A stretch of DNA of 64,000 bases, taken from the IMG/VR virus record IMGVR_UViG_3300045988_079296, positions 34,613 through 98,612 of that record; one strand, given 5' to 3'. This DNA is from a virus. Shown piece after piece: positions 1 to 9,334 of this stretch. The notes under the pieces were generated by a model. That model did no database searches and was not told the origin of the DNA. It worked only from the letters and a program-made list of their open reading frames with translations. Position numbers and translations under genes: made by a program. The first letter of the stretch is position 1, and the number at the start of each line of letters is the position of its first letter.

Positions 1-364
1 TGTACCCTTTATTCTTTTTCAAGAACTTTCTTACCCATTCAACCAACGCATCTTCAATCTCGGTTAATGTCTCACGTCCGAAGTATTGATTCAGGTATTT
101 ATAAGCATTTTCCAAGGTGACTCCCTTCGGGTATGCCTTATTATACCCGTAATAACTTTCATCCTTGAAATCAAGCTCCAAATGATGATACGGGATATTT
201 AAAAACTCAAATAGCTTCGCATCCTCCGCTACTCTCTTCTCATCATTCTCAACGTTCAAAACTTGAACTTCATATTCGGGGAAGAATAGTACATGAGAAC
301 AGCAGAATAAAGCATCGTCCGAATGCGGAGCTACTATGAGATATTTTTGTTTTATTTTTCCCAT
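1..364 (-). CDS. PIG-L/LmbE-family deacetylase-like protein, 5' part only (continues past the window start)
   Basis: Not in the ORF track because no stop lies in the window. Own translation from ATG 364-362 reads MGKIKQKYLIVAPHSDDALFCCSHVLFFPEYEVQVLNVENDEKRVAEDAKLFEFLNIPYHHLELDFKDESYYGYNKAYPKG... and stays open to position 1. LIVAPHSDDA resembles the AHPDD(E) zinc-site motif of PIG-L/LmbE deacetylases. The start overlaps the radical SAM stop by 13 nt. Confidence 0.45.
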   Translation of the reverse strand, partial: MGKIKQKYLIVAPHSDDALFCCSHVLFFPEYEVQVLNVENDEKRVAEDAKLFEFLNIPYHHLELDFKDESYYGYNKAYPKGVTLENAYKYLNQYFGRETLTEIEDALVEWVRKFLKKNKGY

Positions 365-1308
365 TTCCTTCTTACGATAATAGGAGATAAAAAGCCATCT
401 TTGTGCACACTTTGTGCTAACTTCTTGACCTCTGGAGTTATCTCTGGCAAAGTCTCTTGACCCGAACTATCAGGCAAGAACCCTACACGCATACTAATAT
501 TCGTACAACCACTACAAGGTCGGAAGTTACGACTGTAATTGTAGAGCATAATTCTCGCAGCTCGAAAACGTTCATGATTCCAAAGCTCTACAATCCCCAT
601 GTCGTTGATATTAGCAATCGGATATTCCCCACGGAAGTCATCGCAACATAAAGAAACGTTGCCATCGTATCGGAAAGCTAATTCACGGAAAGGCATAGCA
701 CAACGCTTGTTGTTATACGACTTATCCAACGGAGCTGCTGCACCGCAATGATTGGCAAGTTTACGTGTTATCTTGTTGTCCTCCTTAATCGGTGGCAATA
801 ACAATATTCTCGGTTTCTTGTTGTTAGTGTACAACGGTATTCCCTTTTCATAGAATACAACGTTCCACGCCCCTTCGGGAAGTTTATTTACAAAATTCCA
901 ATCTCCCTCGTCCGTATAACAATCCACGATAAGATTGTTTATTCCAGCATCGAAAAGGCTCTCAACATATTCCTCTGTATTCTCGGCTCTATTTGCCGCA
1001 TAACCGTTCGTGTACATATGTAAAATAGCATTCGGCAATTCCTCTCGGAATATCTTTACTATTTCCATAATCTTCGGATTCAACGTTGGCTCTCCATGCT
1101 GAGCGAATACTATTTTGCTATTCCAACCTGCTTTAGCAATCTCGCTCGCTATTCTCTTTGCGGTTTTGATACTCATGTGATTCCAAGGTTTCGTTCCTTT
1201 TTCACGCATACCTCTCAACCCACAGAAAGAGCATCCCAAATTACATCCTTCGGTTGGTTCAATTAGCACCGTGAACGGTGCTTGTTGTACAATTTTCTTT
1301 TTAGCCAT
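352..1308 (-). CDS. Radical SAM enzyme with SPASM/twitch-like C-terminal domain
   Basis: 318 aa. EPTEGCNLGCSFCG gives the CxxxCxxC radical SAM cluster motif near the N-terminus. The C-terminal Cys-rich block (CAMPF...VSLCCDDF...RPCSGC) is typical of auxiliary-cluster SPASM/twitch domains. Confidence 0.85.
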   Translation of the reverse strand: MAKKKIVQQAPFTVLIEPTEGCNLGCSFCGLRGMREKGTKPWNHMSIKTAKRIASEIAKAGWNSKIVFAQHGEPTLNPKIMEIVKIFREELPNAILHMYTNGYAANRAENTEEYVESLFDAGINNLIVDCYTDEGDWNFVNKLPEGAWNVVFYEKGIPLYTNNKKPRILLLPPIKEDNKITRKLANHCGAAAPLDKSYNNKRCAMPFRELAFRYDGNVSLCCDDFRGEYPIANINDMGIVELWNHERFRAARIMLYNYSRNFRPCSGCTNISMRVGFLPDSSGQETLPEITPEVKKLAQSVHKDGFLSPIIVRRKWEK

Positions 1309-1309
1309 T

Positions 1310-2242
1310 TTACTTTGAAACTTTTATATTCAACTTTACTCCTTTTAACTTTGGATTTTTTGATACTTTCTTTATCGGAACTGTGAAAGCTCTCGTTTCA
1401 TCGCTCCAAGCAAAACCTTCCTTCTTATGGTTGATTGTGCAACGACAATATGGATGTATAGGAGATATGGTTGGAAGCCATTCTGCTACCTTCCTCCCGA
1501 TATTATTGCCGTTTGCTATAATGTCCTTTAGCTTGAATACAATCGGCTCGCTGTTTACGTCCTCTGGGTCGGTTAATAAAAGTTCTCTACAATGCTTACA
1601 AGCACCTGGGTAAACATCGAAGTACACCTCAGCATCCGCTCCGTAATTCTTCAAGATACTTTGCGCTCTTCCTGCGTTGAACGCTTCGTGAGTAAGATAG
1701 TAGGCTATTCTCAACCAATCTACTTCCCAATCCTTAGACGTATCAGCAAGGTCAGCCGCCAATCCTCTCGCTCCCATTCTTAGCTCGGTAGCCTTAATAG
1801 TCTTTTGACGTATCATTTGTTGAACGACAAGAGCTTGTTGTTGATTGTTCCGTAGAACGTTATTACTCAATCCCGTCCTCATTCGGTTGCCCAAACTCGT
1901 TATATCGGTGTAGGCTCTATTCTTTACCGTTTCCAAGGCAAACTCTTCCTCTTCGGTAAGAGGAATGAAGTTGCCCGATTTCAAGAACTTCTTGAATTGC
2001 GCATAAGACATATTTTGCGCTCTCTTATCTCCGATTGCTTCGGCAAGAATACCGAAAAGAAAAGCATGCTCAATTATTCCTTGAGCGTTCTTATACTTAT
2101 CCAAATCTACTCCTGAAGCAATCAATATATCCTTATCCGTCTGGGATAGATAGTCTAATCCCAACTGTCCTGCTATGAACAAAAGCTCGTACCGCTTGAG
2201 TATTGATAGCATGTCTTGTATTTGTCCTTGGCTATAAATCAT
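1310..2242 (-). CDS. Head morphogenesis / minor head protein (Mu F, SPP1 gp7-like)
   Basis: 310 aa. The C-terminal block YPGACKHCRELL...PIHPYCRCT resembles the conserved Cys/His region of Phage_Mu_F proteins. Lies in the same module as the portal. Confidence 0.7.
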   Translation of the reverse strand: MIYSQGQIQDMLSILKRYELLFIAGQLGLDYLSQTDKDILIASGVDLDKYKNAQGIIEHAFLFGILAEAIGDKRAQNMSYAQFKKFLKSGNFIPLTEEEEFALETVKNRAYTDITSLGNRMRTGLSNNVLRNNQQQALVVQQMIRQKTIKATELRMGARGLAADLADTSKDWEVDWLRIAYYLTHEAFNAGRAQSILKNYGADAEVYFDVYPGACKHCRELLLTDPEDVNSEPIVFKLKDIIANGNNIGRKVAEWLPTISPIHPYCRCTINHKKEGFAWSDETRAFTVPIKKVSKNPKLKGVKLNIKVSK

Positions 2243-2430
2243 TTCTTTACCTCCGTTTCTTTAACGGCAGAAGCAGTTGCTTTGGCCATGTACTTTAGAA
2301 CCTCTGCGACTGCTTCTGCGGTATTGTTATTCCAAACCTTTACAAATTCATTTTCGTAAGCGGTTACTGCGGGAAACGGAGAAGGAATGAAGTGGCCATT
2401 TTTTACAACTTCCTTCTTCGGCTTATCCAT
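2239..2430 (-). CDS. hypothetical protein (63 aa)
   Basis: Minus-strand ORF in the co-directional gene train. ATGA stop/start overlap with the Mu-F-like gene. No recognisable motif. Confidence 0.6.
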   Translation of the reverse strand: MDKPKKEVVKNGHFIPSPFPAVTAYENEFVKVWNNNTAEAVAEVLKYMAKATASAVKETEVKK

Positions 2431-2434
2431 ATTG

Positions 2435-3010
2435 TTAAAATTTAATTCCTAAATCAAACGTGTATCCATATTCGTCTCTTATTCTTAACCCTGATACGCC
2501 TATGATATATTTATTTTGAATATCCAACCCAAATTGTATCTTTTGAGCATCCAACTTTGGAGACGTACCGAACATTAACCAAGGTTGTAATTTAGGCACT
2601 TTGTAGATAGTTTCTGTCCTCGTGATAACCTTCCTTATAGGTTGAACGGTAGAAGTGGCAGAAAGCAGCTTATTTTCTTGTATAGATACATCTGCGATGA
2701 ACGTACCAAGCGTATCATTAGAGAAGTCCAATTTGTACTCTCTTTTCAAGTAATAGTCGCACCAAACTGCAAATAGAGCAGCGGTATCAGTCGGAACGGG
2801 AACTGGTCGGTCAACGGGAACTTCTACCCGATACGGAACTGGTCGGTCAATCGTATCATGTACGGCATACGGCTCTTTCTCCCATTTGACAACTTCCTTT
2901 ATCTCTGGAGCTGGTAGCTCAACGCTTGACCTCCCCCAAAGATAACCCAAGAACAGAGCTATGCCCACGACAATTAAAGCTCCTACGGAAATTTTGATTT
3001 TCTTATTCAT
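2435..3010 (-). CDS. membrane-anchored protein (possible lysis accessory/spanin-like)
   Basis: 191 aa. N-terminal TM helix ISVGALIVVGIALFLGYLWG. Repeated DRPVP motif encoded by a duplicated ggaactggtcggtcaa segment. Adjacent to the TM/coiled-coil and amidase-like genes. Confidence 0.6.
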   Translation of the reverse strand: MNKKIKISVGALIVVGIALFLGYLWGRSSVELPAPEIKEVVKWEKEPYAVHDTIDRPVPYRVEVPVDRPVPVPTDTAALFAVWCDYYLKREYKLDFSNDTLGTFIADVSIQENKLLSATSTVQPIRKVITRTETIYKVPKLQPWLMFGTSPKLDAQKIQFGLDIQNKYIIGVSGLRIRDEYGYTFDLGIKF

Positions 3011-3494
3011 TGCCTTTATTTAATTTAGCTTCGTAATCACTTACCAACTTTTCCAATTGATTGATACGTTGCTTGTAATTACTTTCAGCCTTGTTTGACT
3101 CTTCCTCGAAAGCTCGGTATTGACTTAACAACTCATCATACTTCTTTCGGTCATTCTCCCGTTGTTGCTCATAGTCAATCCTCATTTGATTGAGTTCTTC
3201 CCTAAAAGACTTAACTATGTTGTTGCTTAACTGCCTTTCGTTCTGAAATTCGGAGTACAGAGTATCATAACGTTGCTTCCACCAGATGTCCTTTGATTCA
3301 ACCTCTTTCTGGAGAACGTCATAACGTGCTTTCCAAAATTCATCGCTCTTGATGTCCGCATTTGCCGTTGCTTCTCGGACTGTCTGTTGATACTTCTTCC
3401 TATCCAACGCCCTTTGAACGCAGGCATAACCTATACTGCCTGCTCCAAACAGCAAAGATAAAATTGTTACGATATTACTTGTAATCCACTCCAT
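3003..3494 (-). CDS. membrane-anchored coiled-coil protein (possible holin/spanin-like)
   Basis: 163 aa. N-terminal hydrophobic helix IVTILSLLFGAGSIGYACV followed by a long E/K/R/Q-rich heptad-like region. Confidence 0.6.
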   Translation of the reverse strand: MEWITSNIVTILSLLFGAGSIGYACVQRALDRKKYQQTVREATANADIKSDEFWKARYDVLQKEVESKDIWWKQRYDTLYSEFQNERQLSNNIVKSFREELNQMRIDYEQQRENDRKKYDELLSQYRAFEEESNKAESNYKQRINQLEKLVSDYEAKLNKGNE

Positions 3495-3496
3495 GA

Positions 3497-4066
3497 CTAT
3501 TCTTTGTTATTCTTCACACGAGTTATCCTCATTTTTGCTTGTTTCACTCTTTTCTGATAGTCCTCAACATTATAATCGGAGCGTAAACAACGAACAATCT
3601 CGTCAGCAAAGGCTTGTATGATTTTCGGGAACGCTATGGAATAATGATTGAAGTCGCTTGGGTTGTTATACGTGCAAAGATAGAATATTGCTTTTGTGTC
3701 GGAGCTTATTTTGTTAAAGAACTTGAACCACTCCTTATGATATGAATCAACAAACTTAAAATCTCTCCAATGTATTCTCGGAGTTAATATATCCAAGTTG
3801 TTAGATAGATTGTAAGCAAAATCACGGCTTATGTAAGAGCAGTTGCGATTCAACGTCAGTCCGCATCCTTCCTTGCCGTCTCGGAAGAAGTCTATGGCTA
3901 TTGCAATTCCATACGTCTTATGCTGTCTGAAATAATTCAAAAGGTCATAAGCATTGTCCTCTACAACCTCAATCTTTCTTCTCCGAAGCTCTTCAGCAAG
4001 AGCCTTTTGGAATTGCTTCGCTGGCTTATCGAAGCGTTTTGTCGTCAAATAAACTATCTTACACAT
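3497..4066 (-). CDS. Amidase_3-like protein, possible endolysin (degenerate catalytic motifs)
   Basis: 189 aa. The layout YGIAIAIDFF...GCGL...SRDFAYNLSNNL...AIFYLCTYNNPSD loosely follows N-acetylmuramoyl-L-alanine amidase (Amidase_3) blocks, but the usual His/Glu ligands are not obvious. Sits next to two TM proteins. Confidence 0.3.
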   Translation of the reverse strand: MCKIVYLTTKRFDKPAKQFQKALAEELRRRKIEVVEDNAYDLLNYFRQHKTYGIAIAIDFFRDGKEGCGLTLNRNCSYISRDFAYNLSNNLDILTPRIHWRDFKFVDSYHKEWFKFFNKISSDTKAIFYLCTYNNPSDFNHYSIAFPKIIQAFADEIVRCLRSDYNVEDYQKRVKQAKMRITRVKNNKE

Positions 4067-4072
4067 AGTTGT

Positions 4073-4666
4073 TTATCTTTTTGGAGTGGCGTATGCAGTT
4101 GTTGCCGTTTCAGCACTCCCCTTTAACAATCCTTCCAAACGATTTATTTCATCCCTCTTCGCTTGACGTTCCTTTACAAGCTCATCTGCGTCATAGGGCA
4201 TGTTTTCCGCTTTGGTAATCAATGATTCATAGCACTTCATAACCTTATAGTCAGAACCCTCCAAATCATTCTTTAATGCTTGTATTCTGGCATTAACGGC
4301 TGAACGGTCATTCTGTACAACTTCCCACTTTTGTAATACCGTTTCACCTTCCTCTACATAATAAGGTCGGATTGAATCAAGCTCCGTTTTCTCTCCGTTG
4401 AACTCCGACGGTATGTATTCTTTGAACAGCTCCAACTCTTTCAAAAAAGCTGCATATTCATCTTCCAACCCCTTTCGGATAACTATCAATTGAAGTTCTT
4501 CAATAGTACGCTTATCGTCTTTTTTCTTCAATATAGGATTGATAATTTCATCCGTCACTCCGTTCTTCTCAAGAGACATTTCATATTGACTCTTGAGCCT
4601 TTGTTGTTCGGCTTCGTAATTGATAACCTGAACAGCGTATCTACTTTTAATGACTGCTTTTAACAT
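4073..4666 (-). CDS. hypothetical coiled-coil protein
   Basis: The tracked ORF 4073-4705 starts at TTG. The first ATG is 4666, 12 nt after the upstream stop. E/K-rich helical sequence. Confidence 0.6.
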   Translation of the reverse strand: MLKAVIKSRYAVQVINYEAEQQRLKSQYEMSLEKNGVTDEIINPILKKKDDKRTIEELQLIVIRKGLEDEYAAFLKELELFKEYIPSEFNGEKTELDSIRPYYVEEGETVLQKWEVVQNDRSAVNARIQALKNDLEGSDYKVMKCYESLITKAENMPYDADELVKERQAKRDEINRLEGLLKGSAETATTAYATPKR

Positions 4667-4677
4667 ATCTTTATAGT

Positions 4678-6585
4678 TTATCTTGTCCAACGTGCAAATA
4701 ACCAACCTCCTGATGATTGTCCTTCGCCCATAGCAATGGAAGCATTATACAAAAATACAGCAAGCCTTCTCGCTCCCCCGATATTTATATAATCAACATT
4801 TTCATTATCAACGATTTTCTTTCCATTCCCTTGAACCGCAATATTAGCAGAATTTACTTGATTGATAATAACAAACTGTCCTTCTGCTGGAGCGGTTGGA
4901 AGAAAGACGTTTTTATTTTCTTGATTCAAGCAAGAAACAAATGAACAATCCGTATCAAGATAAATATCAGTATCGCTCATTACTTGAGTACCAAATGAAA
5001 GTCCTCCACTCTTTAGTCTCGCAAAATAAGCATCAAATACGATATTGGAACTTAATGAACCCTTAACACAAAGAGCTGATAAAGCTGCTCCAACTCCTAC
5101 CGAATTATACACAAAGGGTGTTGTTCCTTGTCCGTTTACTACCATTGAAGCCGCACCGACAATATAATCAACTACGCTTCCCAAGAAAGTTCTTTCATAA
5201 GCAGGCAAGGTGAATTGCTGAGAAGTCGGTGTATTAACGCTTACTCCATCCCCCGCAGCATACATTCCCTTACTGTTTGTATCGACAATTCTCAATCCCG
5301 AAGTTTTACTCAAATAAACATCTACTTGACTGCCTGGGCTTGTTACATCCTTTCGGAAAGTCAAAGCTCCATTCTTAAAATCAAGCGTAGTTCTACGGGT
5401 GGAAGAACTACCATTTACAAATTCTCTTGAATTTACAACTCCATTAGTTATTAAACCAATCTGGTTTAGCTTTCCTTGAGCCTTCGCAAATGCTTCGTCA
5501 ATCGTATCTCCCGCAGCAATATCAGGAACAGTTCCTGCATAGTCCTTTGGCTCCCAATCGGAAGATATATTCAACGTACCGATATGAGAAAGCCAATATT
5601 GTAACTTTCTCAAAGCCGAATCAACCGTATCATTATTGTTTACCTTTTCGGGAACGGTTGATTCAGTGAAGTTCGTTGAAACTTTTATGCCCGTAGCATA
5701 TTTGAACTTATTTATGTATCTCTGAAACTTGCTGAGCACTGTATAGAGCGTATCTCCAGCTGCGGCATCCGTAGGCTCACCCCCTACTGAAAGTGCTGTA
5801 ATCTTCTTATTTAAGATGTTTGCGTCAGAAGTCTGCTGAGTTATCAAATTAGTCATTTGAGTAAGCAAAGCGGAGTAGTTATTTGCTATGTTCTCAATAG
5901 ACTGGTCTTGCACTTCTTGTTCCTTAACGTAGGTATCATGCAAAACTACACCGCCAGATTTATCTCCCAACTCCAAAAGAGCAGAACTGAAATTGAAATA
6001 AATTCCCTTGTTCCATTTCAGGTCGTTTCCCGTTACCGTAGAAAGAAGGGAACTCAACTTGAATTTAATCAGACGCATTGTATTTGAGTTTTCGCTTTCT
6101 CTGTCCTTACCGTATATGTAAGCGGTGTTGAAAGACGGCTCTGATACTTCTACAAATTCAAAGTTCAGCTTGGTAGTCTCGGAATTAAATTGACCGTTCT
6201 CCCCATCCAGAGTAAGGTTGTTTGAAGATACAAAGTAAGTCACATTACTTCCTAAATCATCTACAAGTAGATTTCCCGATACATCTACATATTGTATCTT
6301 TGTCTTAGTTATCGAAAGGGCAAGAACACTTCCCTTATCGGTAATGATAAAGAACTTACCAACGGATAACCCCGATTGTAATGCAATATTGCGTAGCTCG
6401 GTATAAGTTATCGTTGAAAGAATACCTTGGTCAAGTATGACCCAATCTTTTAGGTTGTAGTCATATACTTTGTGACATTGCTGAGACGGTGTACTATCCC
6501 ACCAAATTAATCTTACGTTCTGAGGTGGGGTAGTTCCAACGTGAATACCAGCGACTTGTCCTACATTTTTTGTATTTCCTGCCAT
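4678..6585 (-). CDS. large virion structural protein (tail fibre / receptor-binding-like)
   Basis: 635 aa, immediately downstream of the portal. N-terminus GIHVGTTPPQNVRLIWWDSTP...YDYNLKDWVIL resembles N-termini of phage fibre/collar proteins. Long beta-rich S/T/N/G-rich body. Confidence 0.45.
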   Translation of the reverse strand: MAGNTKNVGQVAGIHVGTTPPQNVRLIWWDSTPSQQCHKVYDYNLKDWVILDQGILSTITYTELRNIALQSGLSVGKFFIITDKGSVLALSITKTKIQYVDVSGNLLVDDLGSNVTYFVSSNNLTLDGENGQFNSETTKLNFEFVEVSEPSFNTAYIYGKDRESENSNTMRLIKFKLSSLLSTVTGNDLKWNKGIYFNFSSALLELGDKSGGVVLHDTYVKEQEVQDQSIENIANNYSALLTQMTNLITQQTSDANILNKKITALSVGGEPTDAAAGDTLYTVLSKFQRYINKFKYATGIKVSTNFTESTVPEKVNNNDTVDSALRKLQYWLSHIGTLNISSDWEPKDYAGTVPDIAAGDTIDEAFAKAQGKLNQIGLITNGVVNSREFVNGSSSTRRTTLDFKNGALTFRKDVTSPGSQVDVYLSKTSGLRIVDTNSKGMYAAGDGVSVNTPTSQQFTLPAYERTFLGSVVDYIVGAASMVVNGQGTTPFVYNSVGVGAALSALCVKGSLSSNIVFDAYFARLKSGGLSFGTQVMSDTDIYLDTDCSFVSCLNQENKNVFLPTAPAEGQFVIINQVNSANIAVQGNGKKIVDNENVDYINIGGARRLAVFLYNASIAMGEGQSSGGWLFARWTR

Positions 6586-6590
6586 ATCGT

Positions 6591-8324
6591 TTATGAATTT
6601 TTAAGTTCCATTTCCATAAAAGCATCGAACGCCTTTACAAAAGAATTTTCATCCGCTTTCTCCGTTCCTTCGTCCTCCGCTTCTTCCTCATCCCCCTCGG
6701 CATACAAGTCAAACGGGTTTTGCGCTTGGGCTTCTTCCTCTTCTCCGTCTGGAGTAGGTTGTCCACCGCCTTGAGGTTGACCTCCTTGTCCTGGCATACC
6801 TCCACCTAATCCTGCGGCTGCGTTCTTAGCTTGTTGCATATAAACCGTATTTTCAATAATATCTCCGTCAGGCAATGGGGACATTTCATACTTCTCACGT
6901 ATCTCGTTAATCGTAGCAATTGAGCCTACTTTCTTAATATCCATATCAAGTTCTTGTTCGATAGTCATACCGTTCAATCCCATGAATACTAATTCAAAGT
7001 CAGGGTGAATTTGCTCTACGATATATTTGTTTAGCTTTCTCTGGAGGAACTTGAGCATTGGGTACAATCCCTTGTCTTTGGAATGTTGAAGACGTTCCTC
7101 TTGACCTCCTTCAAACAATCCTTTATTCCCCGAAGAACGGCTGATGTCCCAACCTATCTCGGATGGGTCAATATTATAGATAGCGCAAGCCAACTTTATA
7201 AGGTATTCAATCCAAGAACTGTATTCCATATCTCGGTTGTTCTTCTGCAAATCTATCCACTCAACGTCTTGGTTTACAACGGGTGTTTTCCAACTCTGCA
7301 TTACTCCCGTTATCATAGACTGCCATTGCTGCTTAAACTGTTGTAGAGCTGCCTCGTTTACCGTTCCTTTTACTCTCAACATTCCCTTCGGAGCAGAACC
7401 CTGACTAAAGAACCTACGGTTGTATTCATCGCCCCATAGCATTGAAGTAACAACGTTGATAAGCTCTTCAAGCTCGGAACATCCGTAACCATTAGAGAAG
7501 ATTGAAGTTGAAGGATTGCGAACGCCAAAACAAAGCTCCCACGGGTAGAACTCCGATACTTTAGTATTTTGGTAAACTTGTACATAGGCAGGATAATAAC
7601 CATGAATTTTTGGTCCAAAATCCTCTCTATCTACGCCCCACAAACCCTTACCGCCTTCAAATATTCGGTTGTCCGTTTCGTAGTCTTTAGCAAAGTATGA
7701 GTTGGCAATTCGGAAAGAAGCGGCATCTGTAGCGACAAAGGACTCAACTTGACCTCTTCGGTTTCTCATAATCTCAAAGGTCATTTGGTCGTAAGTTAAT
7801 GAGTCCTCAACAATCTTTCGGATAAAGGTATCAAAGTCATCATGTTCCCAATCTCCTACGTTACCGCCATGAAGAAGGAAGTCGGTAATTGCATAGGCAA
7901 TTTTCTTATCCTTCGTGTCCATCTTTTGGTCAACTCCAAACTTCGGCTTCTTTCGGATAACGAACCCCGTTTGGTATTTGTTTTCTTGAGGCTCTGCGAA
8001 GTCGGCTATTTGGTTTTTCCTCGTTTTAATTATGGAGTTGATGATAGGGGTTTTGGACATCCTCTTTAACGTAGTGTATGTTAAGGAGAATGACTTGTCT
8101 TTGTATCCTAAATTTGAGTTGAACTCCAATGGGTCTATGAAAAACGCCTTTGGGCCAACCGTTCTTTCATCCCTATTTTGTATGCCGTTGATAGCCTTTT
8201 GAGCTCTCAATATATCATCGGGATGGTCTGAACGGATGGCTTTCTCAATCGTCCTCATATTTTTGACTTCCAGCTTCCTCTTAGCTAATTCAATAGCGTC
8301 AAGCTGTTTCCAATATTCAGCCAT
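6591..8324 (-). CDS. Portal protein
   Basis: 577 aa. The central block GYGCSELEELINVV...RRFFSQGSAPKGMLRVKG...QQFKQQWQSMITG...VEWIDLQKNNRDMEYSSWIEYLIKLACAIYNIDPSEIG follows the Phage_portal pattern. Low-complexity G/Q then acidic C-terminal tail. Confidence 0.75.
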   Translation of the reverse strand: MAEYWKQLDAIELAKRKLEVKNMRTIEKAIRSDHPDDILRAQKAINGIQNRDERTVGPKAFFIDPLEFNSNLGYKDKSFSLTYTTLKRMSKTPIINSIIKTRKNQIADFAEPQENKYQTGFVIRKKPKFGVDQKMDTKDKKIAYAITDFLLHGGNVGDWEHDDFDTFIRKIVEDSLTYDQMTFEIMRNRRGQVESFVATDAASFRIANSYFAKDYETDNRIFEGGKGLWGVDREDFGPKIHGYYPAYVQVYQNTKVSEFYPWELCFGVRNPSTSIFSNGYGCSELEELINVVTSMLWGDEYNRRFFSQGSAPKGMLRVKGTVNEAALQQFKQQWQSMITGVMQSWKTPVVNQDVEWIDLQKNNRDMEYSSWIEYLIKLACAIYNIDPSEIGWDISRSSGNKGLFEGGQEERLQHSKDKGLYPMLKFLQRKLNKYIVEQIHPDFELVFMGLNGMTIEQELDMDIKKVGSIATINEIREKYEMSPLPDGDIIENTVYMQQAKNAAAGLGGGMPGQGGQPQGGGQPTPDGEEEEAQAQNPFDLYAEGDEEEAEDEGTEKADENSFVKAFDAFMEMELKNS

Positions 8325-8375
8325 ATGTTCTACAATTTATTATTTTCTTGAATATCTATAACTGTAGATGTGTGA

Positions 8376-8413
8376 ACAAAAAGAAAGGAGACAACTTTTG
8401 ATATTGTCTCCTT
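8376..8413 (-). terminator. Rho-independent terminator after 8438-8968
   Basis: Arms aaggagacaa (8385-8394) and ttgtctcctt (8404-8413), 10 bp. On the minus strand followed by TCTTTTTG. Confidence 0.75.
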
Positions 8414-8437
8414 CTACAAGCCGTTAATTAATAGGAC

Positions 8438-8968
8438 TTAATTGGGCGGTGTAACAGTTATCGCAAGCGCAACTGCTTTATCCGCATCGGCTGTCCAAGT
8501 GCCTGGGTCACCGCTTGTAATAGCGGCATTACTCTGAGGAAGAGTAATTTTGTACTCAAAACCGTCAATGATTTTGAGAACCTTAGCAACTCCCGTATTA
8601 ACATCAACGGTGTCCTGAATAGGCTCTGCGCCTTCCTTCGTTCCCGACAAAGTGAGCTTGCAAGTCGTTGCTCCCGTAATGGTAGGAGTGATGGTCAAAT
8701 CGAAGGTTTCAGCACCCATAAGGATAACTTGCTCACCTCCGTAGATATAACCGTCAATAAGTCCTTGGTAAGTCTCAAACCACTCTTCCATTTCGGCTTT
8801 TGTGGTTACTGTGCCAGGCTTGAACGGCATAATTTTCTCAAAGATTGTTCCTTGAACTCCTTCTAACCACATGATTGTAAAGCGTTCCGAACCATCCTCA
8901 ATTATGTCCGTTCTTAGAGTTGCCTTGATTATAGGCTCGTCTTTAGTTACAAATACATAATCTCTCAT
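8438..8968 (-). CDS. hypothetical virion protein (beta-rich, Ig-like C-terminal half?)
   Basis: 176 aa, T/G/A/V-rich C-terminal half. Followed by a strong terminator, which suggests an abundant late product. Confidence 0.6.
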   Translation of the reverse strand: MRDYVFVTKDEPIIKATLRTDIIEDGSERFTIMWLEGVQGTIFEKIMPFKPGTVTTKAEMEEWFETYQGLIDGYIYGGEQVILMGAETFDLTITPTITGATTCKLTLSGTKEGAEPIQDTVDVNTGVAKVLKIIDGFEYKITLPQSNAAITSGDPGTWTADADKAVALAITVTPPN

Positions 8969-8994
8969 TTTTACTAAACTTTAAATGGTAAAAT

Positions 8995-9330
8995 TCAATT
9001 TACCTCTTTATAATTGTTTAGTGCTTCTTCAATCTTTTGGGTGACCGCTCCGTCAAAGATAATATACTTTGCTTCCAAAGTCTCGTGGATGATTATGGCT
9101 TCGTCCAAATACTCTATCAAAACCGTATTATCATCCAAACTCGTTATCTCTGGAGCTGTCTCCTTGATATTATCCCATAGAAGTTGAAAAGCTCGGATGC
9201 TTAGAGCATCTTCCATGATTGTATTAGACAGATACTTCATTCGGGGTACAGAAGTATCAATTTCAGCAGCCGCCAGTTGTAAATCGGTCTCCAACGGCTC
9301 TTGCATTGTTGTTAGCTTCTTTGAATACAT
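8995..9330 (-). CDS. hypothetical protein
   Basis: The tracked ORF 8995-9360 begins at TTG. The first ATG is 9330, 4 nt after the upstream TAG. Confidence 0.6.
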   Translation of the reverse strand: MYSKKLTTMQEPLETDLQLAAAEIDTSVPRMKYLSNTIMEDALSIRAFQLLWDNIKETAPEITSLDDNTVLIEYLDEAIIIHETLEAKYIIFDGAVTQKIEEALNNYKEVN

Positions 9331-9334
9331 AACG

